From Pleionea mediterranea (lineage in GTDB: Bacteria > Pseudomonadota > Gammaproteobacteria > Enterobacterales > Kangiellaceae), in assembly GCF_003148745.1 (NCBI RefSeq), contig NZ_QGGU01000001.1, positions 11,536 to 75,535 of the forward strand: 64,000 nt of DNA, in the 5' to 3' direction. Below, piece after piece: positions 53,770 to 63,131 of the stretch. The notes below the pieces were generated by a model. It ran no database searches. It had not been told where the DNA came from and worked only from the letters and a program-made list of their open reading frames with translations. The stretch's first letter is position 1. Every line of letters starts with the position of its first letter. The position numbers and the translations under genes were made by a program.

Positions 53770-55508
53770 TATGAGGTTTGATGCTCATCATTGGATGACG
53801 AGTAAATCATACAACGATTTCTACCTGCATGTTTTGCGTCATAAAGCGCTTCATCGGAATGTTTCATTAGCGTATCAAAGTTATATCCGGAAATACGGCT
53901 TACGGTAATACCGAAGCTTGCGGTTATAGTGATTGCTTTATCGTTTACTTTTATATCCAGCTCTGAAATTTCTGTTCTTATTTTATCGGCAATTTCGGAT
54001 GCTTTTTCTAACTCACATCCTGGAAGCAGTATTGCAAATTCCTCACCGCCAATACGGCCAAACAAGTCTACTTTTCTGGTGTGCTTTAAAACCGGTGTTT
54101 TTAACGACTGAAGAACTTGATCACCAATGGGATGACCATGGGTGTCATTAATAAATTTGAATTTATCCAGATCAAATAAGATAAAGCTAACCACTTGTCC
54201 TGTTGATTGATTGTGTAGCAACGCTGACTCGGATTCTTTTGTAAAGTGACGTCGATTGGATATACCGGTTAATGAGTCAAACTCTGCCAGTTGCTTCAGC
54301 TTTATGTGAGTTTGTTTTGTTCGATAAAGCCAAATAAAGATAAAGCTAATCACAAGAGTTAATAGTAGTATCACTAATGATTTATTGGTAGCTTCTTTTT
54401 TAGACAGTGAGCGTTGCAAGGTTAATGACTCATTTTCTTTATTAAGAATTTCGATCTCATTGTTTTTTTCATTAACTTTGTGTTTAATAGTTTGAACAGC
54501 CATACTCTTTAGCTTTGCTTGGTTTAGATTTTTTTTGTCGTAACTATGGTACTTTTCAAAATATTGAATGGCTTTTTTATAGTTATTATTTATAATCGAG
54601 ACTTCATAAAGTGTTTTATAGGCTGCAACAAAAGGTTTATAAGGAATGTTGTCTTCACTCATGGATATGATTTTTTCGGCAAAACTTTTGGCACTCACCA
54701 AGTCATTTTTTTGAAGATAGATTTGGGCTAATAATTGGTAGTGTTCGGATATTAAATAGTTGTATTGAGTGTTTTCTGTACTTGCCAAATGCTTCTTAAG
54801 TAGTTTTTCAGCACCATCAAGGTTCCCTTTGTTAATATTATTTCTTGCGACAAAAGTAATTAAAAAGCTACTGTAGACAGGCTCATTGGCTTTGCTGCAG
54901 TTTTGCAAGACATTCTCTGCCCTTTTCAGTGAGCCGGTGAGATTAAATCGAGACTCAATGATAATGCTATTAGCGGCACAAATTGTTCTTTCGTTAGCAT
55001 TAAACAACAAAGCTTTTTTGGCATTAATTTGACCAAGATCATATTCACCTAACTGGTTATAGAAAATAGCAATGGCCAGATAAGCTCTGCTTGAGACATT
55101 GCTTTGAGAGCTTGTTTCAAGGTGCTTGTTTAAGAACTCGATTTCAGATAAACCTTCCGTCCAATCTCTAGTTATAGCGTAAGTATTCAGTAAAAGAATG
55201 CTGGATTTTGTTTTAAGGTCAGAAGTAGATGCAGATTGTTTTACAAGCTTAACTTTTTGAATGGATGCTTTTGAATTTCCGAGAAGTAAATCCTCCATAC
55301 CTCTTAAAAAACTTAAATAAATTTGCTCTTCTTTAGATAGTTTTTCAGACATTCTCTCTATTTGCTTAAGATCGTGAGAGAATTTTTTTAGATCAGATGT
55401 TCGTAGCTTTTCGGTTTTTTCAAGCTGCTTCCAAAAACTGCTTTTCTCTGTTTCTGAAAAGACATATAGGGATGTTAATAAAATGGAAAAGCACAAAAGG
55501 AACTTCAT
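53769..55508 (-). CDS. Diguanylate cyclase: periplasmic TPR-like helical sensor, TM, GGDEF (paralog A)
   Basis: 579 aa. Signal peptide, helical-repeat region, coiled coil, TM (LVILLLTLVISFIFIWLY). The GGDEF domain has RIGGEEFAILLPG. Confidence 0.85.
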   Translation of the reverse strand: MKFLLCFSILLTSLYVFSETEKSSFWKQLEKTEKLRTSDLKKFSHDLKQIERMSEKLSKEEQIYLSFLRGMEDLLLGNSKASIQKVKLVKQSASTSDLKTKSSILLLNTYAITRDWTEGLSEIEFLNKHLETSSQSNVSSRAYLAIAIFYNQLGEYDLGQINAKKALLFNANERTICAANSIIIESRFNLTGSLKRAENVLQNCSKANEPVYSSFLITFVARNNINKGNLDGAEKLLKKHLASTENTQYNYLISEHYQLLAQIYLQKNDLVSAKSFAEKIISMSEDNIPYKPFVAAYKTLYEVSIINNNYKKAIQYFEKYHSYDKKNLNQAKLKSMAVQTIKHKVNEKNNEIEILNKENESLTLQRSLSKKEATNKSLVILLLTLVISFIFIWLYRTKQTHIKLKQLAEFDSLTGISNRRHFTKESESALLHNQSTGQVVSFILFDLDKFKFINDTHGHPIGDQVLQSLKTPVLKHTRKVDLFGRIGGEEFAILLPGCELEKASEIADKIRTEISELDIKVNDKAITITASFGITVSRISGYNFDTLMKHSDEALYDAKHAGRNRCMIYSSSNDEHQTS

Positions 55509-55509
55509 A

Positions 55510-57273
55510 TTATTTTAAGCTCTCTATTTCGTCATTACTTTCTGTAGGAGGCATAGAGTATACGGTCGTTTTATTTCTACCACTGTGCTTCGATTCATAA
55601 AGCGCTAAGTCAGAGTGCTTCATTAGTGTATCAAAATTGTAGCCTGATATACGGCTGACAGTAACACCAAAGCTGGCTGTTACTGTGAACTCAAACCCTG
55701 ACTCTTTAGTATTCAGTTGCATTAATCCTTTACGAATACCCTCTGCAATTTCTCTTGCTTGTTCTAGCTCACAGCCGGGTAATAATATAGCAAACTCTTC
55801 ACCTCCCATACGGCCAAACAAATCAATCTTTCTTGTAGCATCTAAGACAGGTTTGGGTATGTTTTTTAATACCCAGTCACCTGTAGGGTGGCCGTAAGAG
55901 TCATTTATAGATTTAAATTTATCCAGGTCGAATAAGATTATGCTGACGGCTTGGCCGCTTGCTTTACAATGTATGAGACTCATTTTACATTTTTTTGCAA
56001 AGTGGCGTCGGTTATGAATTCCTGTTAATGAATCAAATTCTGCCAGGTGGCGAAGTTTTATTTGCGTCTTTTTAGTTCTATATGCCCAAAGAGATGTGAA
56101 AATAATTATTAGTATTAAAATTATAATCATTAATGATTTATTTTGAGCTTCTTCCTTTGCTAGCGATTGCTCTAAATTTAATGCTTTATTTTCTTTGTTA
56201 AGTAATTCAATCGTACTGTTTTTCTCAACTATTCTATGATTTGCTAACTGAACTGACATATTTCGAGCTTTTATATCATCGAGATAGAGCTTTTCATATA
56301 AGCTATACTTTTCAAGGAATAATAATGATTTCTGATAATTGCTCTTGATCTTTTCTATTTTATAAAGAACATTGAGAGCCGAAACTAAAGGCTTTAATGG
56401 TGTCTTAGAGTCAGTGTTATCAACAACTTTTGAAGCAAAAGAAGTTGAGCTTGAGTAATCTTTGAGTTGGAAAAAAGCTTCTGCAAGGAGTCTGTAATAT
56501 TCTAAAATAAGTATTTTATAATTGGTTTTTTCTACACTGTTTAAACTGCGGGTTAAAATATCCACTACTTCACCATACTTATTTTGCTCCAGCAAATAAA
56601 TTGCCAAATAGGTATTGTTTAAATTTTCCCATATATGCTCATTTAAAGAGTGACATAAGTTAATTGTATCTTTTAGTGTATTAGTACGTTGTAAAGTATT
56701 AAGATAAATAGATGACTCATTAACCAGTGTCCTTGAAATGCATATATTGCGGTTGCTGTTACTGCTTTTCAATACCCGTGATGCATACTCTTGACCGAGA
56801 TTAAACTCTTCAACTTGATTGTAAAAGATAGCGGCGGTAATAATCCCTCTTTCAAATAAATCCGGATCATTATTGACCTGAGAACTAATACTAAATAATT
56901 CTTCAATGAGTATAAGTCCTTTTGTCCATTCTCTTTGTATTGCGTATATATTGATTAAAACAATAAGTGATTTGTTTTTTAATACAGGAACGCTTGATTT
57001 TTCACGTATAAACTCTAATGTATTTATGGCAGGTAATAGCTGCCCAGATTTCATCTGTTTCAGAGATTTTAAAAACAAAAGGAAATATAGTTCTTCTTGA
57101 TTAAGCTTATCTGCTTTTTCTTCGAATCTGGCTATTTTAAAATTGAATTCAGTTGGATCTGAGCTTCTTAGAGCTTCTATTCTTTCGAGTTCAGCCCATG
57201 CTTCTGAGCCATCATACGCATTACAAATACGTATGATGGCTAATATGACCAAAAGTAATAGCTTTACTTTCAT
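55510..57273 (-). CDS. Diguanylate cyclase: periplasmic TPR-like helical sensor, TM, GGDEF (paralog B)
   Basis: 587 aa with the same architecture. The GGDEF region is highly similar to paralog A (LAEFDSLTGI.NRRHF...ILFDLDKFK.IND..GHP.GD...GR.GGEEFAILLPGCELE...SGYNFDTLMKHSD.ALY). The stop lies 1 nt before paralog A's start. Confidence 0.85.
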   Translation of the reverse strand: MKVKLLLLVILAIIRICNAYDGSEAWAELERIEALRSSDPTEFNFKIARFEEKADKLNQEELYFLLFLKSLKQMKSGQLLPAINTLEFIREKSSVPVLKNKSLIVLINIYAIQREWTKGLILIEELFSISSQVNNDPDLFERGIITAAIFYNQVEEFNLGQEYASRVLKSSNSNRNICISRTLVNESSIYLNTLQRTNTLKDTINLCHSLNEHIWENLNNTYLAIYLLEQNKYGEVVDILTRSLNSVEKTNYKILILEYYRLLAEAFFQLKDYSSSTSFASKVVDNTDSKTPLKPLVSALNVLYKIEKIKSNYQKSLLFLEKYSLYEKLYLDDIKARNMSVQLANHRIVEKNSTIELLNKENKALNLEQSLAKEEAQNKSLMIIILILIIIFTSLWAYRTKKTQIKLRHLAEFDSLTGIHNRRHFAKKCKMSLIHCKASGQAVSIILFDLDKFKSINDSYGHPTGDWVLKNIPKPVLDATRKIDLFGRMGGEEFAILLPGCELEQAREIAEGIRKGLMQLNTKESGFEFTVTASFGVTVSRISGYNFDTLMKHSDLALYESKHSGRNKTTVYSMPPTESNDEIESLK

Positions 57274-57276
57274 AGC

Positions 57277-57525
57277 TTAAGCTGTTTTTTCAGTCTCTTT
57301 TGGCTCTTCTTGAGGCTCTTCTTGAGGCTCTTCATTTGGTTCATCATCTTCAGCAGGCGCTAAACCACATATGATATTTTGAGGAGCATTCAAAAGGGAT
57401 ATTAATGTATCTTCATCTTTCTCCCTAATTGCCGAGCAAACTTGTTCCTCAAGACTTTCTAGTCCATCAAGGTAAACACTACCTTTTTCACCGGACATTT
57501 CAAGATGCTTTATTATTGTACTCAT
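57277..57525 (-). CDS. Small highly acidic protein with C-terminal EEPQ-repeat tail
   Basis: 82 aa with a strong AGGAGA-N5-ATG RBS. MSTIIKHLEMSGEKGSVYLDGLESLEEQVCSAIREKDEDTLISLLNAPQNIICGLAPAEDDEPNEEPQEEPQEEPKETEKTA. The tail is encoded by a 15-nt tandem DNA repeat (CTCTTCTTGAGGCTC). Confidence 0.6.
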   Translation of the reverse strand: MSTIIKHLEMSGEKGSVYLDGLESLEEQVCSAIREKDEDTLISLLNAPQNIICGLAPAEDDEPNEEPQEEPQEEPKETEKTA

Positions 57526-57539
57526 CGCTTTCTCCTAGT

Positions 57540-58343
57540 TTATATTGGTTGTAGTAAATCAATATTTTTAAGTTGGTTGTGTATTAGATTATTTTTAGTT
57601 AACTCTCTAGCGGGTGGAATGATTAATGTTGATTTCATTGAGATTGTTTGCTCAACTAACTCGGCTAAAGGAATGGTTTTCTTTATTATTTCGTTAAGTT
57701 CATTTGTGGGTGCTTCATAAATAATAATATGATGTTGTGATGAATAATGCTCTAAAAGCAATGTCTTTAGAATTTCCAAGTACCGTTTATCTGACTTGGT
57801 AATAGTATGAGAGTTATCTCCTGCAAAGGCGAGTTGCCACAATATTAAGTATGCAGAAGTATCAACGATGCGTTTATAAAACATAAACTGACTGGCTTCG
57901 TAATGCTGGCAACCATATTTCCCAGGGTCAATGCCCAGGTCGGCGTATAAGCAGTCTTCGGCTGATATGCCCGGAAGCATTTTTGCCTCATAACCTTCAT
58001 CACGAGCTTTTTTGATGGCTTTATGTGAAGGATTTACGAACACACCCGGATGTCCATAAAATGCACCAACCACTTTTTTGCCGTTACGGACTTCATTGAG
58101 AAGTGCATCAGCCATTTCTTGATAGGAAATCTTTCTTGATTTACCTGTGGCGTAATACTGTTGCAGTGAAACCACATTAGGGTGGATATCTTGTAGCCAG
58201 AGTTCGAACAAACCATCGGATGACGCTGCGAATACAACATCTGCCGATTGTATAGTGGTTCTTACAATAGGACTAATGTGAGCGCCGATAGAAATACCCA
58301 CGCCAACACAGGTTAAACTTCCTTTTAATTTTTCTTCTGACAT
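57540..58343 (-). CDS. Divergent tetrapyrrole-methylase-fold (TP_methylase/RsmI-like) protein, unknown substrate
   Basis: 267 aa. CVGVGISIGAHISP lies where the GxGPGDP/IGNLADIT loop sits. ADVVFAA. GKKVVGAFYGHPGVF corresponds to G..V.L.GGDPFVFG. LPGISA. The C-terminal IIIYEAPTNEL corresponds to the RsmI LIFYESTHRL motif. Confidence 0.55.
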   Translation of the reverse strand: MSEEKLKGSLTCVGVGISIGAHISPIVRTTIQSADVVFAASSDGLFELWLQDIHPNVVSLQQYYATGKSRKISYQEMADALLNEVRNGKKVVGAFYGHPGVFVNPSHKAIKKARDEGYEAKMLPGISAEDCLYADLGIDPGKYGCQHYEASQFMFYKRIVDTSAYLILWQLAFAGDNSHTITKSDKRYLEILKTLLLEHYSSQHHIIIYEAPTNELNEIIKKTIPLAELVEQTISMKSTLIIPPARELTKNNLIHNQLKNIDLLQPI

Positions 58344-58419
58344 AGTTAAGGCTGAGGTTGCACAATATGCCTATAAGATACTGATGTGACCGTATATTGC
58401 AATAAAAATGTGAGCTAAT

Positions 58420-58932
58420 TCAAAGCGTTTGTTTTGAAATAGTATAAGAGAAGTGAGGTGCGTTCTGACTTTTGTCTGTTTTTTGAACTCTACTAAATCC
58501 TATTCGTTCAACCAAACGCAAGATCGGTTTATTCATGGTTTGGAAGCTCGCTGAAACATGTTGGATGTTAAGCGTGTCGAGTAAATATTTCAGAGTGGCC
58601 ATGGTGGCTTCATAAGGAATGTTTTTTCCCTGAGCGTGTCGTGTCAGGATTATTCCAATGTCAGCAGTAGATTGCGGATAATCAATATTATCAATTCCCA
58701 TTACTCCCAAAGGAATGGATGACTGCTTTTGCTCTATTACGAACAGCTTGTATTTCGGCTTGGGCTTGTTGATGGCTTTAAGTGTGTTTTCAAAATAGCC
58801 TTCTACTTTTGAGTTTGCATTATCTATTTCTATGAATCGCATTAACTCATCGTCAGAATAGAGTGCGCAATAAAAGTCTTTATCATAATTGGTCAGGTTA
58901 CGATAAGTTAGTCTTTCGGACTCGAATAGCAT
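58420..58932 (-). CDS. GNAT family N-acetyltransferase (RimJ/RimL-like)
   Basis: 170 aa. MLFESERLTYRNLTNYDKDFYCALYSDDELMRFI... is the typical RimL-type N-terminus, followed by the GNAT core. Confidence 0.7.
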   Translation of the reverse strand: MLFESERLTYRNLTNYDKDFYCALYSDDELMRFIEIDNANSKVEGYFENTLKAINKPKPKYKLFVIEQKQSSIPLGVMGIDNIDYPQSTADIGIILTRHAQGKNIPYEATMATLKYLLDTLNIQHVSASFQTMNKPILRLVERIGFSRVQKTDKSQNAPHFSYTISKQTL

Positions 58933-59176
58933 ACTCTCTCCCGAGTATTCGATTTAAAATTTATTCGCTAAACGAATAGCGATTTTTGGAAAGGCTATTG
59001 AGAAAAGCCATTTTCCTCAGCGTTTCTCTATCTTGCTTAACAGGCGGGCCTCGCGTACTATTATGCCCCTTTTTTAGCGGCCTGTTTGGGCGCGCATCGT
59101 ATCGCCAGAACAGGGTTCTGATGTTTGATATTTGACCGCTTTCTGGCTGTAAAATCAAGGCGTTATGGGAAAAGTT

Positions 59177-60952
59177 ATGCGAAGTCATTATTGTGCTGAT
59201 CTGGTTGCTCTGGAAGATGGGGCTGAAATATCCATTGCAGGATGGGTTCATCGTCGCCGGGATCTGGGCGGTTTGATTTTTTTACAGATACGGGATCGCA
59301 GCGGCATCGTTCAGGTGACAGTTGAGCCGGATCAGGGTGATGTGTTTGCCGCCGCCGACGAGTTACGTTCGGAATTTGTGGTGCAGGTCAGTGGAAAAAT
59401 TCGTCAACGTCCCGAAAGCATGGTCAACAAAGACATGGCAACCGGTGCCATCGAAGTGGTTGCCGATGCCATTACTTGCTTGAATAAGTCGCAAACACCG
59501 GCGATTTTAGTGGATGGCCATGAAGACGTATCTGAAGAAACCCGTTTAAAGTATCGTTATCTGGATTTGCGTCGTCCGGAAATGACCAATAAGTTTTTAT
59601 TCCGCACTCGCGTAACGCAATTGTTACGAAAGTATCTGGATGAGCAAGGTTTCCTTGATATGGAAACACCCATACTGACCAAAGCAACGCCAGAAGGCGC
59701 GCGCGATTACCTGGTGCCGAGTCGCACTCACAAGCAATCCTTCTTTGCTTTGCCTCAATCACCACAACTGTTTAAACAATTACTGATGATGAGCGGTTTT
59801 GATCGCTACTATCAGGTGGTGCGTTGTTTCCGCGACGAAGATTTACGCGCCGATCGCCAGCCAGAATTTACCCAGCTCGATATTGAAACTTCGTTTATGG
59901 ACGAAGAGGGTATTATGGGGATGATGGAGAATATGATCCGCTCGGTGTTTAAAGAATTATTAAATGTTGAGCTGGCTAATCCTTTCCCTCGTATGCCTTA
60001 TTCCGAAGCGATGGAAAAATACGGCTCAGATAAACCCGATTTACGCGTCGATATGCCCATTCACACGGTTGATGATCTGGTTAAAGATGTTGATTTTAAA
60101 GTATTCAGCGGACCGGCAAACGATGAAAAAGGGCGCGTTGGTGTACTGAATTTGAAAGGTGGTGCAGAAAAAGTCAGTCGTAAGAAGATTGATGAGTTCA
60201 CCAAGTTTGTGGGCATTTATGGTGCGAAAGGATTGGCGTTTATTAAAGTTAACGACCGTGCTGCAGGACTGGAAGGCTTGCAGTCGCCAATCGTTAAGTT
60301 TTTATCAACCGACGTTGCCGAATCCATTTTACAACGAACGGACGCCGAGTCAGGCGATATTCTGTTTTTTGGTTCAGACAGTCAGTCGGTCGTGGCCGAT
60401 GCACTGGGTGCGTTGCGACTTAAACTGGCCGGCGATTTTGAGTTATTTAGTAACGAATGGAAGCCTCTGTGGGTTGTGGATTTTCCAATGTTTGAAGACG
60501 ATGATGGACAACTGCAAGCGTTGCACCATCCGTTTACGTCGCCCAAAGAACTTGATCCTGCTGCGTTAAAAGGTAACCCAACCGGCACGCTTTCACGGGC
60601 TTACGATATGGTATTAAACGGCTGTGAAGTGGGTGGTGGTTCCATTCGTATCCATGATACGGATTTGCAGCAAACCATTTTTGATATTCTTGGCATTGGT
60701 GAGCAGGAAGCGCGCGAAAAATTTGGCTTTCTGTTAGATGCCCTTAAATTTGGTTGCCCGCCACATGGCGGTATTGCCTTTGGACTGGACCGACTGGTAA
60801 TGTTGATGGTGGGTGCGGACTCTATTAGAGACGTTATTGCATTCCCTAAAACAACCACTGCCGGTTGCCCATTGACCGAAGCGCCGGCAAAAGTTTCACA
60901 GGCGCAACTGGACGAGTTAGGTATTGCGATAAAACAAAAGCCAAGTGCTTAA
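59177..60952 (+). CDS. aspS: Aspartate--tRNA ligase
   Basis: [47 protein letters not shown]... is collinear with E. coli AspRS. Class II motifs are present. The ORF-track start at 59165 adds 4 residues. Confidence 0.95.
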   Translation: MRSHYCADLVALEDGAEISIAGWVHRRRDLGGLIFLQIRDRSGIVQVTVEPDQGDVFAAADELRSEFVVQVSGKIRQRPESMVNKDMATGAIEVVADAITCLNKSQTPAILVDGHEDVSEETRLKYRYLDLRRPEMTNKFLFRTRVTQLLRKYLDEQGFLDMETPILTKATPEGARDYLVPSRTHKQSFFALPQSPQLFKQLLMMSGFDRYYQVVRCFRDEDLRADRQPEFTQLDIETSFMDEEGIMGMMENMIRSVFKELLNVELANPFPRMPYSEAMEKYGSDKPDLRVDMPIHTVDDLVKDVDFKVFSGPANDEKGRVGVLNLKGGAEKVSRKKIDEFTKFVGIYGAKGLAFIKVNDRAAGLEGLQSPIVKFLSTDVAESILQRTDAESGDILFFGSDSQSVVADALGALRLKLAGDFELFSNEWKPLWVVDFPMFEDDDGQLQALHHPFTSPKELDPAALKGNPTGTLSRAYDMVLNGCEVGGGSIRIHDTDLQQTIFDILGIGEQEAREKFGFLLDALKFGCPPHGGIAFGLDRLVMLMVGADSIRDVIAFPKTTTAGCPLTEAPAKVSQAQLDELGIAIKQKPSA

Positions 60953-61018
60953 ATGATAGTGGTTAGTAACGAATTAATAATACTAGACAATAAAGATAAG
61001 TAGATACCGGAGACAACC

Positions 61019-61762
61019 ATGGCTGGACACAGTAAATGGGCCAATATAAAGCATAGAAAAGCGGCACAAGACGCTAAGCGCGGTAAAATTTTTACCAAGA
61101 TCATTCGTGAACTGGTGGTCGCTGCGAAAACAGGCGGACCCAATCCAGAAGACAATCCATCGCTACGGGCAACCATTGATAAAGCCTTGGGTGCCAATAT
61201 GAAAAAGGATACGGTCGAAAAAGCGATTGCTCGGGGTGCCGGTAATAACGAAGGCGATAACTACGAAAACCTGTCTTATGAAGGTTATGGGCCAGGTGGT
61301 GTGGCTGTACTGGTTGATTGCCTGACGGATAATAAAAACCGTACCGTTGGTGAAGTGCGCCATGCCTTTACCAAACACGGTGGCAATCTGGGAACATCTG
61401 GCTCGGTAGCTTATTTATTCGATAAAAAAGGCCAGATGATTTTTGGCGACGATATTAACGAAGACGATTTAATGGAAGCTGCACTGGAAGCCGGTGCCGA
61501 AGATGTGGTCAATCATGATGATGGCAGTTTTGAAGTTTTGACCGCGCCGGATGAGTTTATTGCGGTAAAAGAAACCATAGTCGCCGCCGGATTTAAGCCT
61601 GAAAATGCCGAAGTGGCGATGCTGCCTTCCACACAGGCTGAACTCGACGCTGACGAAGGCGCAAAAGTATTACGATTGATTGAGCGACTGGAAGATCTGG
61701 ATGATGTGCAAAATGTTTACACCAATGCAGATATTCCGGATGAGGCGTACGATCAGCTTTAA
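61019..61762 (+). CDS. yebC: YebC/PmpR family DNA-binding regulatory protein
   Basis: 247 aa. [31 protein letters not shown]... is the YebC signature. It sits upstream of ruvC, as in E. coli. Confidence 0.93.
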   Translation: MAGHSKWANIKHRKAAQDAKRGKIFTKIIRELVVAAKTGGPNPEDNPSLRATIDKALGANMKKDTVEKAIARGAGNNEGDNYENLSYEGYGPGGVAVLVDCLTDNKNRTVGEVRHAFTKHGGNLGTSGSVAYLFDKKGQMIFGDDINEDDLMEAALEAGAEDVVNHDDGSFEVLTAPDEFIAVKETIVAAGFKPENAEVAMLPSTQAELDADEGAKVLRLIERLEDLDDVQNVYTNADIPDEAYDQL

Positions 61763-61904
61763 TGGGAATAATTCCTGGCCTAGGCCAATGCTGATTGGTT
61801 GACCATTTGAATATTTATTCTTATGTATCGGGCCGCTTTATTCGAGCATCAATTGATTAAAGCATCATTTTATAACTATCGAGTAATCTTAACGAGGTGC
61901 CGTA

Positions 61905-62423
61905 TTGGCGAGAATTTTAGGGATTGATCCCGGCTCCAGAATTACGGGCTTCGGTATTATTGAGTCAAGCGGTCGGCAACTGTCTTATGTCACCAGCGGT
62001 TGCATTCGCGTTAAAGATGGCTCTTTATCGGAACGCTTGCAGCAAATTTATGACAACCTTTCTGAAGTGATTCGAAAATACAATCCAACGGAAGCGGCTA
62101 TTGAGCAGGTGTTTATGGCAAAAAATGCCGACTCGGCGCTTAAACTTGGTCAAGCCCGAGGTGTGGCGATTGTCGCCGCTTCATCACACGCTTTAGACGT
62201 TGCCGAATATTCTGCGCGACAAATTAAACAGGCGGTTGTAGGGCACGGTGGTGCCGATAAATCTCAAGTACAACACATGGTAACATCACTGCTTAAGTTA
62301 TCCGCAACCCCACAGGCGGATGCAGCGGACGGTCTGGCCGTTGCCATTTGTCATTGCAACACCATGCAGTCCATGGTGTCACAACTTGGCGCCAATAAAC
62401 GAAGAAGAGGGCGAGTGCGTTGA
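61905..62423 (+). CDS. ruvC: Holliday junction resolvase RuvC
   Basis: 172 aa. TTG start after a [28 protein letters not shown] compares with E. coli [19 protein letters not shown]. Confidence 0.93.
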   Translation: MARILGIDPGSRITGFGIIESSGRQLSYVTSGCIRVKDGSLSERLQQIYDNLSEVIRKYNPTEAAIEQVFMAKNADSALKLGQARGVAIVAASSHALDVAEYSARQIKQAVVGHGGADKSQVQHMVTSLLKLSATPQADAADGLAVAICHCNTMQSMVSQLGANKRRRGRVR

Positions 62424-63028
62424 TAGGTCGATTAAAAGGTACCATTGTTGAAAAGGCGCCACCGGAATTATTGATAGATGTGAATGGTGTTGGCTACGAA
62501 GTTCAGGCGCCCATGACCACCATTTTTAATCTGCCAGACGTTGGCCACACAGTGACTTTATTTACTCATCTGTCGGTGAGTGAAAACGCTCAAAACCTTT
62601 ACGCCTTTGGCAGCAAAAAAGATCGTCAGATGTTTCGTGAGTTGATTAAAGTCAGTGGTGTTGGACCTAAGCTTGGGATTGCTATTTTATCGGGCATGAC
62701 CGCCGATGAATTTGTTGCCAATGTCAATGAAGGGGAAAGCAGCGCACTGGTGAAACTGCCAGGCGTGGGCAAAAAAACCGCTGACAGATTGATCATAGAA
62801 ATGCGTGACCGACTGAAAGGTTGGAGCAGTGCCACGGTAAGTGTTGGTGCAAACAATCAATCGACCGGTACTGGCTCATCACACAGTTTAAAACAGGAAG
62901 CCGAGAGCGCATTAATCGCTTTAGGCTACAAACCTCAGGATGCGTCCAAAGCCATCAGCCGAATTAAAGACGATGTGACTTCCAGTGGCGAATTGATTCG
63001 ACTGGCACTAAAAAATATGGGTAAATAA
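62420..63028 (+). CDS. ruvA: Holliday junction DNA helicase RuvA
   Basis: 202 aa. TTG start overlapping the ruvC stop. [28 protein letters not shown]... compares with E. coli [28 protein letters not shown]. Confidence 0.93.
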   Translation: MIGRLKGTIVEKAPPELLIDVNGVGYEVQAPMTTIFNLPDVGHTVTLFTHLSVSENAQNLYAFGSKKDRQMFRELIKVSGVGPKLGIAILSGMTADEFVANVNEGESSALVKLPGVGKKTADRLIIEMRDRLKGWSSATVSVGANNQSTGTGSSHSLKQEAESALIALGYKPQDASKAISRIKDDVTSSGELIRLALKNMGK

Positions 63029-63131
63029 GCCGTAGGTATAAGTTACTGTATAGGCCGTTGATGCAGCTGCCAGCTAAATACGCTCTTAGACGACTAATCC
63101 TTTTTAAACGGCTGTTCTTAATAGGCACAAG

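Noticed and set aside
58961-59251. 96-aa minus-strand ORF spanning the GNAT/aspS divergent promoter
   Set aside because: It overlaps the aspS 5' end and promoter, is rich in Ser/Pro/Asn, and has no support. The region does contain a small palindrome, TATTCGctaaaCGAATA, that may be regulatory.
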